64,000 nucleotides of DNA, from contig CADAJS010000001.1 of the NCBI GenBank assembly GCA_902788315.1, positions 171,962-235,961 on the forward strand, written 5' to 3'. The position numbers and the translations under genes are program-made. The first letter of the stretch is position 1, and each line of letters begins with the position of its first letter. The DNA is from an uncultured Bacteroidales bacterium (lineage in GTDB: Bacteria > Bacteroidota > Bacteroidia > Bacteroidales > Bacteroidaceae). Below the pieces are notes generated by a model, which made no database searches, was not told where the DNA came from, and saw only the letters and a list, made by a program, of their open reading frames with translations. Below are positions 1 to 9,453 of the stretch, in pieces.

Positions 1-100
1 GCTGTGCATGCGGAGCCGCAGTCATAGGTTGCTGCGGCACAGACTGCTCAGGGCTTGCTGCCGGAGCCGTTTTCTCTTCTCTTTTGCCGAATAGACTCAT
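1..100 (-). CDS. hypothetical protein, 5' fragment (gene runs off the left edge)
   Basis: The reverse-strand ATG at 98-100 opens MSLFGKREEKTAPAASPEQSVPQQPMTAAPHAQ with no stop before the window edge. A TAccTTTG -7 box lies 21 nt upstream (121-128, reverse strand). The ORF is below the ORF-track length cutoff. Confidence 0.35.
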   Translation of the reverse strand, partial: MSLFGKREEKTAPAASPEQSVPQQPMTAAPHAQ

Positions 101-120
101 CGCTTCGTGTATTTTTCAAG

Positions 121-128
121 CAAAGGTA
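121..128 (-). promoter_or_regulatory. Bacteroidetes -7 box (TAccTTTG)
   Basis: The + strand CAAAGGTA is reverse-strand TACCTTTG, which matches the TAnnTTTG consensus. It sits just upstream of the reverse-strand ATG at 100. Confidence 0.5.
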
Positions 129-160
129 TTACTTTTTTTTGAATTGTCCCTAATTTAACG

Positions 161-168
161 TAACTTTG
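161..168 (+). promoter_or_regulatory. Bacteroidetes -7 box (TAacTTTG) for hisS
   Basis: TAACTTTG lies 31 nt upstream of the hisS ATG at 199. It overlaps the TTG at 166 that opens the track ORF, which argues for the 199 start. Confidence 0.55.
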
Positions 169-198
169 CGCCTGAAATCACAAAACAGAACATATATC

Positions 199-1563
199 AT
201 GGCACAGAAACCTTCGATTCCCAAGGGTACACGCGATTTCGGCCCACAAGAGATGGCGCGACGCAACTATATTTTCGACACCATACGCGATGTGTATTCG
301 CTTTACGGTTTCCAGCAGATTGAGACACCGGCGATGGAGAACCTCTCCACGCTGATGGGGAAATACGGCGAGGAGGGCGACAAACTACTGTTCAAGATTC
401 TGAACAGCGGCGACTTCCTGCGTGGTATCGATCTTAGCTCACTGGCCGAAGGAGCTACGGGCCACCTGGCTGCACAGCTTTGCGAGAAAGGTCTCCGCTA
501 TGACCTCACGGTGCCCTTTGCACGCTACGTGGTACAGCACCGCGAGGAGCTGACACTCCCCTTCCGCCGCTATCAGATTCAGCCCGTGTGGCGTGCCGAC
601 CGGCCGCAGAAAGGCCGCTACCGCGAGTTCTATCAGTGCGACGCCGACGTGGTGGGCAGCGACTCGCTGCTCAACGAGGTGGAGCTGATGCAAATCGTGG
701 ACGAGGTGTTCCGCCGCCTGGGCATCCGAGTGTGCATCAAGATTAACAATCGCAAGATTCTCTCCGGCATCGCCGAAATCATCGGACAGGCCGAGCGCAT
801 CGTGGACATCACCGTGGCCATCGACAAGCTGGACAAGATCGGGCTCGACGCCGTGAACGAGGAACTGCGACAGGCAGGACTGGACGACAAGGCCATCGAA
901 GCACTGCAGCCCATCATCCGTCTCGAAGGCACGAATGACGAGAAACTGGCCACCATGCGACGTGTGCTGGCCGCAAGCGAAACAGGACAGAAGGGAATTC
1001 AGGAGGTGGAATACGTATTCCGAACACTCGCCGCCACACAGCTCGATGCACAGCTGGAACTCGACCTCACGCTGGCGCGCGGGCTGAACTACTATACCGG
1101 CTGCATCTTCGAGGTAAAGGCACTCGACGTGCAAATCGGGAGCATCACCGGCGGCGGACGCTATGACAACCTGACCGGCATCTTCGGCATGCCGGGCCTG
1201 AGCGGAGTAGGCATAAGCTTCGGCGCCGACCGCATCTACGACGTGCTGAACCAGCTCGAACTATATCCCGAGGCTGTGACCACAGCCACTCAAATGCTCT
1301 TCATCAATTTCGGCCCGGCGGAGCTGGCCTACTGTCTCCCGTTCGTGGCACGCGCACGCCGCGACGGCATCCGATGCGAGATATACCCGGATGCGGCAAA
1401 GATGAAGAAGCAGATGCAGTATGCCAACCAGAAGCAGATTCCCTACGTAGTGCTGGCAGGCGAGAGCGAGATGGCAGCCAAAAGTTTCACGCTGAAGAAC
1501 ATGCAGACGGGCGAGCAGGCTATGCTCACACCCGACGAACTCATCGCACGCGTGCAGGCCTGA
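199..1563 (+). CDS. hisS: histidine--tRNA ligase
   Basis: [14 protein letters not shown]..., [27 protein letters not shown] and GGGRYD are class II HisRS signatures. A C-terminal anticodon-binding domain is present. The start is trimmed to the ATG at 199. Confidence 0.95.
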   Translation: MAQKPSIPKGTRDFGPQEMARRNYIFDTIRDVYSLYGFQQIETPAMENLSTLMGKYGEEGDKLLFKILNSGDFLRGIDLSSLAEGATGHLAAQLCEKGLRYDLTVPFARYVVQHREELTLPFRRYQIQPVWRADRPQKGRYREFYQCDADVVGSDSLLNEVELMQIVDEVFRRLGIRVCIKINNRKILSGIAEIIGQAERIVDITVAIDKLDKIGLDAVNEELRQAGLDDKAIEALQPIIRLEGTNDEKLATMRRVLAASETGQKGIQEVEYVFRTLAATQLDAQLELDLTLARGLNYYTGCIFEVKALDVQIGSITGGGRYDNLTGIFGMPGLSGVGISFGADRIYDVLNQLELYPEAVTTATQMLFINFGPAELAYCLPFVARARRDGIRCEIYPDAAKMKKQMQYANQKQIPYVVLAGESEMAAKSFTLKNMQTGEQAMLTPDELIARVQA

Positions 1564-1631
1564 TGCCCGGCACGTCACCCGACGACAGTACTCCCCCACC
1601 ACGGCTCCGCCCGACAAGGCCAGCCACCGAC

Positions 1632-1677
1632 GCCGATGCGGCGTGTTGCACCCTCGGATGCGGCACGCCGCATCGGC
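1632..1677. terminator. GC-rich hairpin in a convergent intergenic region (probable bidirectional terminator)
   Basis: A perfect 14-bp stem pairs GCCGATGCGGCGTG (1632-1645) with CACGCCGCATCGGC (1664-1677). It lies between the 3' ends of hisS (+) and the GT2 gene (-). Confidence 0.5.
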
Positions 1678-1778
1678 ATACGAGGCGTGCCACGTCTCCA
1701 GACGAGGCATGCCACCTCCCTTGCACGACCAATCATCGTACGAACGAAGCTGTACATTATCCCTTGAGGGGAGGGGCG

Positions 1779-2789
1779 TCACAGGTCGCTCCACTTGCGT
1801 TTGCGACGCACATAATACTGCCACAGGAGCGAGAACTGGCTCTGTTCAGGCACGGGCGACAAGACGGCGGCGGCCAGGTTGGCCCTGCGGTCGGCCTCAA
1901 AATCGGGACACATGGCACGGAAGGCACGTCGCGCCCGCCACACGGCGCTGCAACTGCCCCACTGGCCGGTAAGGAAGAATTGCAGGCTGGCCAGCGCATC
2001 GAGCCAGAAGCGAAGGCGCATCACTGGACGCAACCTCGACTCGGGCAGATTCTTGTAGAGCAGGAGCAGGTTGTTGCGGAAATTGAGGAACGTCTTCCGG
2101 GGATTATCCTTCGGCAGCGTGCCTCCGCCCAGATGATAGACCACACTGGCGGGCACACAAGCCACTCCGCGCCCACGGCTGCGCAGGCGCCAGCAGAGGT
2201 CGATTTCCTCCTGATGGGCAAAGAAACGCCCGTCCAGCCCGCCAACGGCCCAATAGTCGTCGCGGCGAATGAGCAGCGCCGCACCAGTGGCCCACATCAC
2301 GGGCAAGGGCTCGTCATACTGCCCCTCATCGCGCTCCACGGTGGACATCAGGCGTCCACGGCAATAGGGATAGCCCCAGGCATCGATGAAACCTCCTGCC
2401 GCACCGGCATACTCAAAGGCCTCGCGCTGCCACTCGCAACGCAGCTTGGGCTGGCAGGCGGCCACCTCGGGATGGGCATCCATATACTCTGACAGTGGAG
2501 AAAGCCATCCGGCAGTGACCTCCACATCGCTGTTCAGCAGCATGTAGAACTCGCTGTCCACCTGGGCCAGCGACCGATTATAGCCCTCGGCAAAGCCATA
2601 GTTGCGGTCGAGAGCGATGCGGCGTACCGTCGGGTATCTGGCAGCAAGCCAGGCAAGCGAGTCGTCGGTACTGGCATTGTCGGCCACGATGACCTCGACA
2701 CCGCCCGAATGCTCCAACACCGACGGAAGAAAACGCTCCAGCATTCGACGTCCGTTCCAGTTTAGTATGACGATAGCAATCCGTTCCAT
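1779..2789 (-). CDS. glycosyltransferase family 2
   Basis: The N-terminus IAIVILNWNGRRMLERFLPS...IVADNASTDDS and the later NYGFAEGYN and LLNSDVEV motifs are typical of GT-A/GT2 rhamnosyltransferase-like enzymes. Confidence 0.85.
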   Translation of the reverse strand: MERIAIVILNWNGRRMLERFLPSVLEHSGGVEVIVADNASTDDSLAWLAARYPTVRRIALDRNYGFAEGYNRSLAQVDSEFYMLLNSDVEVTAGWLSPLSEYMDAHPEVAACQPKLRCEWQREAFEYAGAAGGFIDAWGYPYCRGRLMSTVERDEGQYDEPLPVMWATGAALLIRRDDYWAVGGLDGRFFAHQEEIDLCWRLRSRGRGVACVPASVVYHLGGGTLPKDNPRKTFLNFRNNLLLLYKNLPESRLRPVMRLRFWLDALASLQFFLTGQWGSCSAVWRARRAFRAMCPDFEADRRANLAAAVLSPVPEQSQFSLLWQYYVRRKRKWSDL

Positions 2790-2798
2790 AGACGTGCG

Positions 2799-4112
2799 TT
2801 ATAGCAGAGTGGCCGTGAGGGCATCGCCCGCCGCATTCCACGGCCCCAGCTCTGCCTGCACGATGCAGTTATCCGGCTGGTCGGGGGCGACACGGACCTC
2901 CGTGCGTATGTAATTATCCGTAAATCCATGCATGATACCCGGCGTATGGCTGTGCTCGAGGAGCACGGGACGCCTCGCGCGCGCGTACCTATTATAAAAT
3001 ATATGTAGCTTGGCCTCGCTCAGAGCCAGAATCTGCTGGCTGCGTTCATGCTTCTCCTCGGGCCGCACGGCATGAGGAATCTGCAGCGCCTTGGTGCCCG
3101 GGCGTTCGCTGTAGCTGAAGACATGGTACTGAGCCACGTCGAGCTGCTCCATGAAACGATGGGCGTCGCGGAAAAGAGCGTCGGTCTCGCCACGTGTGCC
3201 CACGATGACATCCACACCAATGAAGGCATCGGGAATCAACTCATGGACACGCGCCACCTTATCGGCAAAGAACTGGGTATCGTAACGACGGTGCATGAGA
3301 CGCAACACCTCGTCCGAACCGCTCTGCAGCGGAATGTGGAAGTGAGGCATGAAGGCACGGCTCCCGGCGCAGAACTGGAGGATCTCATCGGTGAGCAGAT
3401 TAGGCTCGATGCTGCTGATGCGGTAGCGCTTGATGCCCTCCACGGCATCCAGTGCACGAAGCAGGTCGATGAACCGCTCGCCCGTGGTGCGACCGAAGTC
3501 GCCGATGTTCACCCCCGTAATCACAATCTCGCGTCCGCCCTCGGCAGCCGCCTGACGAGCCTGACCGACCAACATGTCGATGCTGCCATTTCGGCTACGG
3601 CCACGGGCAAAGGGGATAGTGCAATAGGTACAGTAATAGTCGCATCCATCCTGCACCTTGAGGAAATAGCGTGTGCGCTCACCACAGGAACAGCTGGGCA
3701 CGAAGGAGCGTATGTCTGACGTGCGGCTGGTATAGTGTTCGTGGGACACGAGGGCACGTTCCTCGGGCATCATGGCCAGGCGCTGCTCGATATGGCGCAC
3801 GATGTCGCCCTTCTCCTGAGCGCCCAGCACGAGATCCACCCCCTCAAGCGATGCCACCTGTTCGGGACGAAGCTGTGCATAACAACCCGTGACCACGACC
3901 AGTGCACCCGGATGTCGGCGCACGAGGCGATGGATGGCCTGCCTACATTTCGAGTCGGCCACCTCGGTAACGCTGCACGTGTTCACGATGCATATGTCGG
4001 CCGATTCACCTTCCTTCACCGGTTCCACACCGGCGTCGCGCAGCTGACGGCCCACAGTGCTCGTTTCTGCGAAATTCAACTTACAGCCCAGCGTAAAATA
4101 GGCTGCCTTCAT
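2799..4112 (-). CDS. mtaB: tRNA methylthiotransferase, MiaB/MtaB family (radical SAM)
   Basis: The N-terminal UPF0004 domain reads MKAAYFTLGCKLNF and the radical SAM cluster reads CDYYCTYC. The start is placed at 4112 because a reverse-strand TActTTTG box at 4135-4142 precedes it and overlaps the longer ORF. Confidence 0.8.
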   Translation of the reverse strand: MKAAYFTLGCKLNFAETSTVGRQLRDAGVEPVKEGESADICIVNTCSVTEVADSKCRQAIHRLVRRHPGALVVVTGCYAQLRPEQVASLEGVDLVLGAQEKGDIVRHIEQRLAMMPEERALVSHEHYTSRTSDIRSFVPSCSCGERTRYFLKVQDGCDYYCTYCTIPFARGRSRNGSIDMLVGQARQAAAEGGREIVITGVNIGDFGRTTGERFIDLLRALDAVEGIKRYRISSIEPNLLTDEILQFCAGSRAFMPHFHIPLQSGSDEVLRLMHRRYDTQFFADKVARVHELIPDAFIGVDVIVGTRGETDALFRDAHRFMEQLDVAQYHVFSYSERPGTKALQIPHAVRPEEKHERSQQILALSEAKLHIFYNRYARARRPVLLEHSHTPGIMHGFTDNYIRTEVRVAPDQPDNCIVQAELGPWNAAGDALTATLL

Positions 4113-4134
4113 GCCATTCAACACATTCATAGTG

Positions 4135-4142
4135 CAAAAGTA
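4135..4142 (-). promoter_or_regulatory. Bacteroidetes -7 box (TActTTTG) for mtaB
   Basis: The + strand CAAAAGTA is the reverse complement of TACTTTTG. Confidence 0.5.
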
Positions 4143-4196
4143 CAAAAAAATTCAAAAAAAAATGCCGTTTTTGGTACAACATATTGAAAAATGGCG

Positions 4197-4204
4197 TACC
4201 TTTG
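4197..4204 (+). promoter_or_regulatory. Bacteroidetes -7 box (TAccTTTG) for the small lipoprotein gene
   Basis: TACCTTTG lies 51 nt upstream of the ATG at 4255. A TTTG element sits at 4170-4173. Confidence 0.55.
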
Positions 4205-4254
4205 CACCGTTTTTATAAGCAAGTGATGTTTTACAGTTTAAAAAACAAAAAAAA

Positions 4255-4461
4255 ATGAAGAAGTTAGCATTTCTGTTCGCAGCTGTAACAGCTGTAACGT
4301 TCGCTGCTTGTGGTAACAAGGCAGCTGAGCAGACTCAGGACGCCGAAGCACAGGAGCCCGAGACCGAAGTATGTTGTCAGAAGGACTCGTGTGAGAAGGC
4401 ATGCTGCCAGGATTCCTGCCAGGCCGAGAGCCCCGCAGAGGAAGCTCCTGCTGCTGAGTAA
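4255..4461 (+). CDS. small cysteine-cluster lipoprotein (68 aa)
   Basis: The signal peptide has a lipobox (MKKLAFLFAAVTAVTFAAC). It is followed by the cluster CCQKDSCEKACCQDSC and an acidic tail. The gene has its own -7 box. Confidence 0.6.
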   Translation: MKKLAFLFAAVTAVTFAACGNKAAEQTQDAEAQEPETEVCCQKDSCEKACCQDSCQAESPAEEAPAAE

Positions 4462-4597
4462 GCACGGTTCACAGTTAGAACAGAAGGACTACATCTCTCG
4501 GTGTGGCCCTTTTTTTTGTATTGTCCTCCCACATCGTAGCAGGCAGTCCGGGGACAATGCGACAGACCACCTCGCGTCATACAGCCAGACATAACGG

Positions 4598-4640
4598 CAA
4601 AGAGAGGGGCACAGCCACGAAAGCCATGCCCCTCTCTTTG
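4598..4640. terminator. hairpin between convergent genes (terminator of rplI and/or the small lipoprotein gene)
   Basis: A perfect 14-bp stem pairs CAAAGAGAGGGGCA (4598-4611) with TGCCCCTCTCTTTG (4627-4640). Confidence 0.55.
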
Positions 4641-4675
4641 TCAATATTCAACGTCCGGCCTTGCGGCCAGGAATT

Positions 4676-5215
4676 TTACTCTTCTGCAGCAGGTGTCTCC
4701 TTGACGGGAGCCTCGGCAGGAGCCTCCACCACAGGAGCTTCCTCGACTACGACCTCAGCCGGAGCAGCAGGAGCATTCTCGGCCACTACTGTGAAGGGAA
4801 CCTCGGCAGATACCTCCTTATGCAGACGTACGTGAGCCACATATTCGCCCACTTCCTTAACATCCTTTACCTGGATGAGCTTACGATCCACCTGGAAGCC
4901 AAGTTTCTGCAGTTCGTCGGCAATCTGCAGGCTGTTCACACTGCCATAGATAACACCACTGTTGCTCACCTTGGTAGCAATGGTCAGCGTCACGCCGTTC
5001 AGCTTCTCAGCCAGAGCCTCAGCCTCGGCCTTGATCTTGGCCAGTTTCACAGCCTTCTGCTTGAGCAGCTCAGCCAACTCTTTCTTTGCACTTTCGCTTG
5101 CAATAACTCCCTTGCCTGTCGGGATGAGATAATTACGTCCGTAGCCCGGCTTCACATTCACGATGTCGTTCTTGTAGCCCAAGCCGATGATATCTTCTTT
5201 AAGTATAATTTCCAT
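4676..5215 (-). CDS. rplI: 50S ribosomal protein L9 with an Ala/Pro/Glu/Val-rich C-terminal tail
   Basis: MEIILKEDIIGLGYKNDIVNVKPGYGRNYLIP is the conserved L9 N-terminus. It is the last gene of the rpsF-rpsR-rplI operon. Confidence 0.95.
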   Translation of the reverse strand: MEIILKEDIIGLGYKNDIVNVKPGYGRNYLIPTGKGVIASESAKKELAELLKQKAVKLAKIKAEAEALAEKLNGVTLTIATKVSNSGVIYGSVNSLQIADELQKLGFQVDRKLIQVKDVKEVGEYVAHVRLHKEVSAEVPFTVVAENAPAAPAEVVVEEAPVVEAPAEAPVKETPAAEE

Positions 5216-5235
5216 AACTATTTCCTCCTTTAATG

Positions 5236-5505
5236 TTACTTCATCAAGTCTGTCACGAAGGGCAGCAAAGCCAGATGACGCGCGCGCTTCACAGCCTGTG
5301 CTACGCGACGCTGATACTTCAGAGAGGTGCCCGTGATGCGGCGAGGCAGAATCTTGCCCTGCTCGTTCAGGAACTTCTTCAGGAACTCGGGGTTCTTGTA
5401 GTCAATATACTTGATACCGCTCTTCTTGAAACGGCAGTACTTCTTTCTCTTGACATCAATTGCAGGCGCTGTCAGATAGCGTATTTCCGATGATTGCTGT
5501 GCCAT
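5236..5505 (-). CDS. rpsR: 30S ribosomal protein S18
   Basis: [39 protein letters not shown] is the S18 signature region. Confidence 0.95.
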   Translation of the reverse strand: MAQQSSEIRYLTAPAIDVKRKKYCRFKKSGIKYIDYKNPEFLKKFLNEQGKILPRRITGTSLKYQRRVAQAVKRARHLALLPFVTDLMK

Positions 5506-5507
5506 GA

Positions 5508-5843
5508 TTAGTCCTCCTTTTTGGTGTTTCTTCTCTTTTCAGCATAAGCTGCTGCATACTTGTCCAACTTGACGGTCAGGAATCGCAACACCTTCTCGTC
5601 ACGGCGATACGCTGTCTCGAGAGTCTTGATACCCTCGGGCTCTGCCTTGAACTCAATTAACACATAGAAGCCCGTGCTCTTCTTCTCAATGGGATAAGCC
5701 AGCTTCTTCAAGCCCCAGTTCTCCTCATTGATGATCTCTGCACCAATGCTCGCGAGAACGTCTTTGAACTTGTTCACCGCTTCCTTCATCTGATCGTCAG
5801 ACAAAACGGGAGTTAAAATGAAAACGGTTTCGTACTGATTCAT
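5508..5843 (-). CDS. rpsF: 30S ribosomal protein S6
   Basis: The product begins [18 protein letters not shown]. The start is trimmed to the ATG at 5843, and the upstream 107 codons of the track ORF are non-coding leader/promoter. Confidence 0.95.
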   Translation of the reverse strand: MNQYETVFILTPVLSDDQMKEAVNKFKDVLASIGAEIINEENWGLKKLAYPIEKKSTGFYVLIEFKAEPEGIKTLETAYRRDEKVLRFLTVKLDKYAAAYAEKRRNTKKED

Positions 5844-5901
5844 AATACGTTTTAATAGGATTAATAAGTTATTTAAATGTCTCGTGCGCCGAAACGCGGT
5901 G

Positions 5902-5909
5902 CAAAGGTA
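5902..5909 (-). promoter_or_regulatory. Bacteroidetes -7 box (TAccTTTG) for the rpsF operon
   Basis: The + strand CAAAGGTA lies 59 nt upstream of the rpsF ATG. Confidence 0.55.
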
Positions 5910-6184
5910 GTGTTTTTTTCCGAAACGGCAAAACCTACAGCCATTTATTTTCAACGCATTCCATGCAAGGGACCGACAAGAGGCCCTGCAGAAGGACAAT
6001 CGAACCACGACGGACCACGACGAACCGCACCACGAGCAACTGCACGAAGCATTGTTTTGGGGCAAATCGGGCACAAGAAAGAGAAATTCTGTGGAAAATC
6101 TTTCGTCATCTCGCAAAAAATGTGTTATTTTGTAGCTTGAAAGATTAAATAACGAGTCGAACACATAAAAGTTACATACAAATT

Positions 6185-6355
6185 ATGAAGAATTACGCTG
6201 GAATTATCTTGATTGTGCTGGGTGCTTTGTTGTTAATCCTCAGCTACATTGCCGACATGACCGACTACAACTGGTATCAACTCATCTGCCTGCTGCTCAT
6301 CATTGGAGGTATCGTGACGCACATCATCGTGAGCAAGAAGGTCAAGAGCGAATAG
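6185..6355 (+). CDS. small two-helix membrane protein (56 aa), not in the ORF track
   Basis: The ATG at 6185 opens MKNYAGIILIVLGALLLILSYIADMTDYNWYQLICLLLIIGGIVTHIIVSKKVKSE and the stop is at 6353-6355. There are two clear hydrophobic segments. The ORF ends 7 nt before the next gene. Confidence 0.45.
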   Translation: MKNYAGIILIVLGALLLILSYIADMTDYNWYQLICLLLIIGGIVTHIIVSKKVKSE

Positions 6356-6361
6356 CATCCC

Positions 6362-7051
6362 ATGAAGAAAACCCGGTATATACTATGTCTCATCGCCACA
6401 GTGTGCATGAGCCAGAATGTTTGTGCCCAATACGATACGGACTATAGCGACGACTTGGGTTTGTACTATGATGAGGATGAGCCGGAAGACACCCTGCCGC
6501 CGCACAAGGAGTACAAGAACATGCTCTACGCGCAGTACTCCTCTTCGCGCTACCTGTTCCGAGGAGCCACACCGAAACTGAAGTTTCAGGAGATAGCCGT
6601 GGGGTATGCCCGCATCGTACAGGTACAGGAGAAGACGCCGCTCTTCGTGGACGCCGGCATACAGATGAAGTATTCCCATTCGAAAGGTGATGCGGCTCAC
6701 CAAAATGCGAGCTACGACCTACTCAGTTTCCGCATCCCCATCAACGTGTCATATAAATGGTACCCATCGAGGACACGCGACATCGCACTGGCTCCCTTTG
6801 TAGGTGTAAACGCACGGGCTTTAGCGACAGCACGCGAGAAACTCAACGGAACAAAAAACAATCTCATGGACGAGGACAAGGCGAACACCACGGGCGTACA
6901 TTGGGAATGGGGCCAGGTGGGATGGCAAGCAGGACTGAGATTCTGGTTCAAACAATTTACGGTCGGCGCAGTCTATGGGCGTGACTTCCACGACAAGAGC
7001 AAACTGCCCCGACTGCATGAGTGCAGCGTAACCGCAGGATATTGCTTCTGA
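6362..7051 (+). CDS. outer-membrane beta-barrel protein (OmpW/opacity-porin-like)
   Basis: The signal peptide is MKKTRYILCLIATVCMSQNVCAQ. The mature part has alternating aromatic/hydrophobic beta-strand patterns and ends in a terminal Phe (AGYCF). Confidence 0.65.
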   Translation: MKKTRYILCLIATVCMSQNVCAQYDTDYSDDLGLYYDEDEPEDTLPPHKEYKNMLYAQYSSSRYLFRGATPKLKFQEIAVGYARIVQVQEKTPLFVDAGIQMKYSHSKGDAAHQNASYDLLSFRIPINVSYKWYPSRTRDIALAPFVGVNARALATAREKLNGTKNNLMDEDKANTTGVHWEWGQVGWQAGLRFWFKQFTVGAVYGRDFHDKSKLPRLHECSVTAGYCF

Positions 7052-7109
7052 AGCCGGGGGAAAGACCGGCAACGAAGAAGCGCCGAAGGAAAGACACACG
7101 AACAGACAG

Positions 7110-7143
7110 AGAGGGGAGCCACACAAAACTGCGGCTCCCCTCT
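7110..7143. terminator. hairpin between convergent genes
   Basis: The stem pairs AGAGGGGAGCC (7110-7120) with GGCTCCCCTCT (7133-7143) and is followed by TT. Confidence 0.5.
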
Positions 7144-7171
7144 TTATGTCTGACAAGCCCAAAGGCTCGGC

Positions 7172-7885
7172 CTACTCCTCCTTCATGTTCGGCACAATGA
7201 GACGATAGCCCTTGCCGTGCACATTGTTGATCTCGATGTTGGGATCGTCCTTCAGATGCTTGCGCAACTTAGTAATATAGACATCCATGCTGCGAGCATT
7301 GAAATAGTTGTCGTCAATCCAGATAGTCTTCAGAGCCAACTCGCGCTCCAGCACATCATTGACATGCGTACACAGCATCGTGAGCAGCTCGCTTTCCTTT
7401 GTGGTAAGCTTTGTCTGCTTGTCACCGATGGAGAGCGTCTGGCGACGTGTGTCGAACGTGAAGTTGCCCAACTGATACTGTGCCACCACACGCTGACTCT
7501 TGGCACGCACACGGCGCAGGATGGCTTCCATACGGTAAACCAGTTCGTCCATTGAGAAAGGTTTGGTCAGATAGTCATCGGCTCCCAGTTTGAACCCCTC
7601 CAGGATGTCATCCTTGAGATTACGGGCCGTGAGGAAGATGATGGGTACATCGGCATTAATGAGACGTATCTCGCGAGCCAGGGCGAAACCGTCCATCTTG
7701 GGCATCATCACGTCGAGCAGACACATGTCATACTTTCCCTTCATGAAGGCCTTGTAGCCGGCCTCGCCATCGAGAAACAGTTCGGCATCGTATCCCTTGG
7801 CCTGCAGGTACTCGCGTACGAGCATGCCCAGACTCTCCTCGTCCTCGCACAGGAGGATGTGCAGTTTGTTCTCCGTCGTATTCAT
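7172..7885 (-). CDS. OmpR/PhoB-type response regulator (RprY-like)
   Basis: The receiver domain reads ILLCEDEESLG...LLDVMMPKMDG...IIFLTA. The winged-helix output domain ends GKGYRLIV. The start is trimmed to MNTTENK at 7885. Confidence 0.9.
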   Translation of the reverse strand: MNTTENKLHILLCEDEESLGMLVREYLQAKGYDAELFLDGEAGYKAFMKGKYDMCLLDVMMPKMDGFALAREIRLINADVPIIFLTARNLKDDILEGFKLGADDYLTKPFSMDELVYRMEAILRRVRAKSQRVVAQYQLGNFTFDTRRQTLSIGDKQTKLTTKESELLTMLCTHVNDVLERELALKTIWIDDNYFNARSMDVYITKLRKHLKDDPNIEINNVHGKGYRLIVPNMKEE

Positions 7886-7889
7886 AAGC

Positions 7890-9419
7890 TTATTCTTTAA
7901 TAGTGGGTAATGTAATTGTAAATAACGTGCCGCGTCCAGGCTCACTTGTGGCGCGGATAGTGCCGTGGTGAAGCTCGACCATCTTCTTGACATAGGCAAG
8001 ACCAAGGCCAAAGCCTTTCACATCGTGTTTATTACCAGTAGGCACACGATAGAACTTATCGAAGATTCGTTTCAGATTATCCTTATGTATGCCGATACCA
8101 TTGTCCTGCACGCTGATACAGAGTGCGTCGCCCTGGTTCCACGTGGACACCTCGAGATGCAGTTCTACGTCGTCACGTCGGTACTTCACCGCATTATCCA
8201 TCAGATTGAAGATGATATTGGTGAAGTGCATCTCGTCAGCCTGAACCAGCGAATCTACAGCCTCCAAACGGGTATCAATCGTACCGCCGCTCTGCGTCAC
8301 CTTGAGCGAGAAGGTCTGTACCACAGTATCGATTAGCTCATTGGCATCCATTTCGCTCAACTTCAACGCAATATTATCGCGGTCAAAGAGACTCATCTGC
8401 AAGACCTTCTCCACTTGGAACCGCAAGCGTCGCGTCTCAGCATTGATCACTCCACCCAGACGTTCATAAGTTTCCTCCGATTTTGACAACGACTTGTCCG
8501 CCATCATCTGGGCAGCAATGGATATAGTGGAGATGGGGGTCTTGAACTCATGTGTCATGTTGTGAATGAAGTCATTCTTCATCTCGGTGACGTTTTTCTG
8601 TCGCACCACGAGGTAAACCGTCACCATAAACGTTATGAAGAGGATAATGGTGAACACCATTGCTGGCATCACATATCGCGCCACACCTTGGGTATAATGA
8701 CGTCGATCGGGGAAATGAACCTTGATATTTCCCGTCTGTCCCATCGCATCGCTTCGGTAGAGGATCTGTGTATAGCTGTGTCGCTGCCCCTTTTCTTCAT
8801 AGTCTTGACAGCGATAGACCTCGCGTCCGTCGGCAGTATTGACTGTGAAGTGGAAAGGCAGGGTGACGCCATTGCGCTCCAAGGCGTCTCGCAAACGCAC
8901 GTGCAGCTCCGCCGGGTCTATACGTTCCTCGAATTTCTTGTCGCTGGCGGTGTACATCACGGCATAGATTACCTCATTCAGTATCTCACGTTCATAGTCG
9001 TAGGCCTTCTGTGCCTGCTTCTGCAGGTTAGCCGACACCTGAGCAAAACGATTACTTCGCGGCATGTTCAAACGCATGGCTGGACGAGAGCCATGCTTGC
9101 CCACATAGCTAAACTGCTGACCGGGAGCCATGATAAGGGTATCTGGCGCAGGTTGCACGTTGATATGGGGCAGTGAATCGAATCCAAGGTTGTAGGGAGC
9201 ATCCTTGCCCTGACGTTCGAGAACCATCTTCAGGTACTTGTACGTCTCGTTGCGTTCCAATTCACGCGCAGCCTGGTCAAGGCTGCGAATCACAGTCTCG
9301 TCGAACTGCTCGCTCCGCATGCGTACCATCGCCCGAGCATAACTGCTCTCCAGATAGAGCAACGCTAGGAAAGAGACGCCAATTATCAGGCATATAATCC
9401 AAATAACACTCCGTTTCAT
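7890..9419 (-). CDS. sensor histidine kinase (RprX-like)
   Basis: Two TM segments are present. The H-box is FIHNMTHEFKTPIS, the N-box NLMDNAVKY, G1 DNGIGI and G2 GFGLGLAY. The stop lies 4 nt before the response regulator start. Confidence 0.9.
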   Translation of the reverse strand: MKRSVIWIICLIIGVSFLALLYLESSYARAMVRMRSEQFDETVIRSLDQAARELERNETYKYLKMVLERQGKDAPYNLGFDSLPHINVQPAPDTLIMAPGQQFSYVGKHGSRPAMRLNMPRSNRFAQVSANLQKQAQKAYDYEREILNEVIYAVMYTASDKKFEERIDPAELHVRLRDALERNGVTLPFHFTVNTADGREVYRCQDYEEKGQRHSYTQILYRSDAMGQTGNIKVHFPDRRHYTQGVARYVMPAMVFTIILFITFMVTVYLVVRQKNVTEMKNDFIHNMTHEFKTPISTISIAAQMMADKSLSKSEETYERLGGVINAETRRLRFQVEKVLQMSLFDRDNIALKLSEMDANELIDTVVQTFSLKVTQSGGTIDTRLEAVDSLVQADEMHFTNIIFNLMDNAVKYRRDDVELHLEVSTWNQGDALCISVQDNGIGIHKDNLKRIFDKFYRVPTGNKHDVKGFGLGLAYVKKMVELHHGTIRATSEPGRGTLFTITLPTIKE

Positions 9420-9453
9420 ACAGGCAAAGTTAGGTCATCGTAGCGAGACACAC

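Noticed and set aside
4676-4780. The Ala/Pro/Glu/Val-rich C-terminal tail of ribosomal protein L9 might be a novel domain.
   Set aside because: It is a low-complexity extension of a kind that varies among lineages. Nothing in the sequence suggests a separate function. I note it in the feature only.
9425-9432. A reverse-strand TAacTTTG box might be the promoter of the histidine kinase gene.
   Set aside because: It lies only 6 nt from the ATG at 9419, which would imply a leaderless transcript. I cannot decide from the sequence, so it is not listed as a feature.
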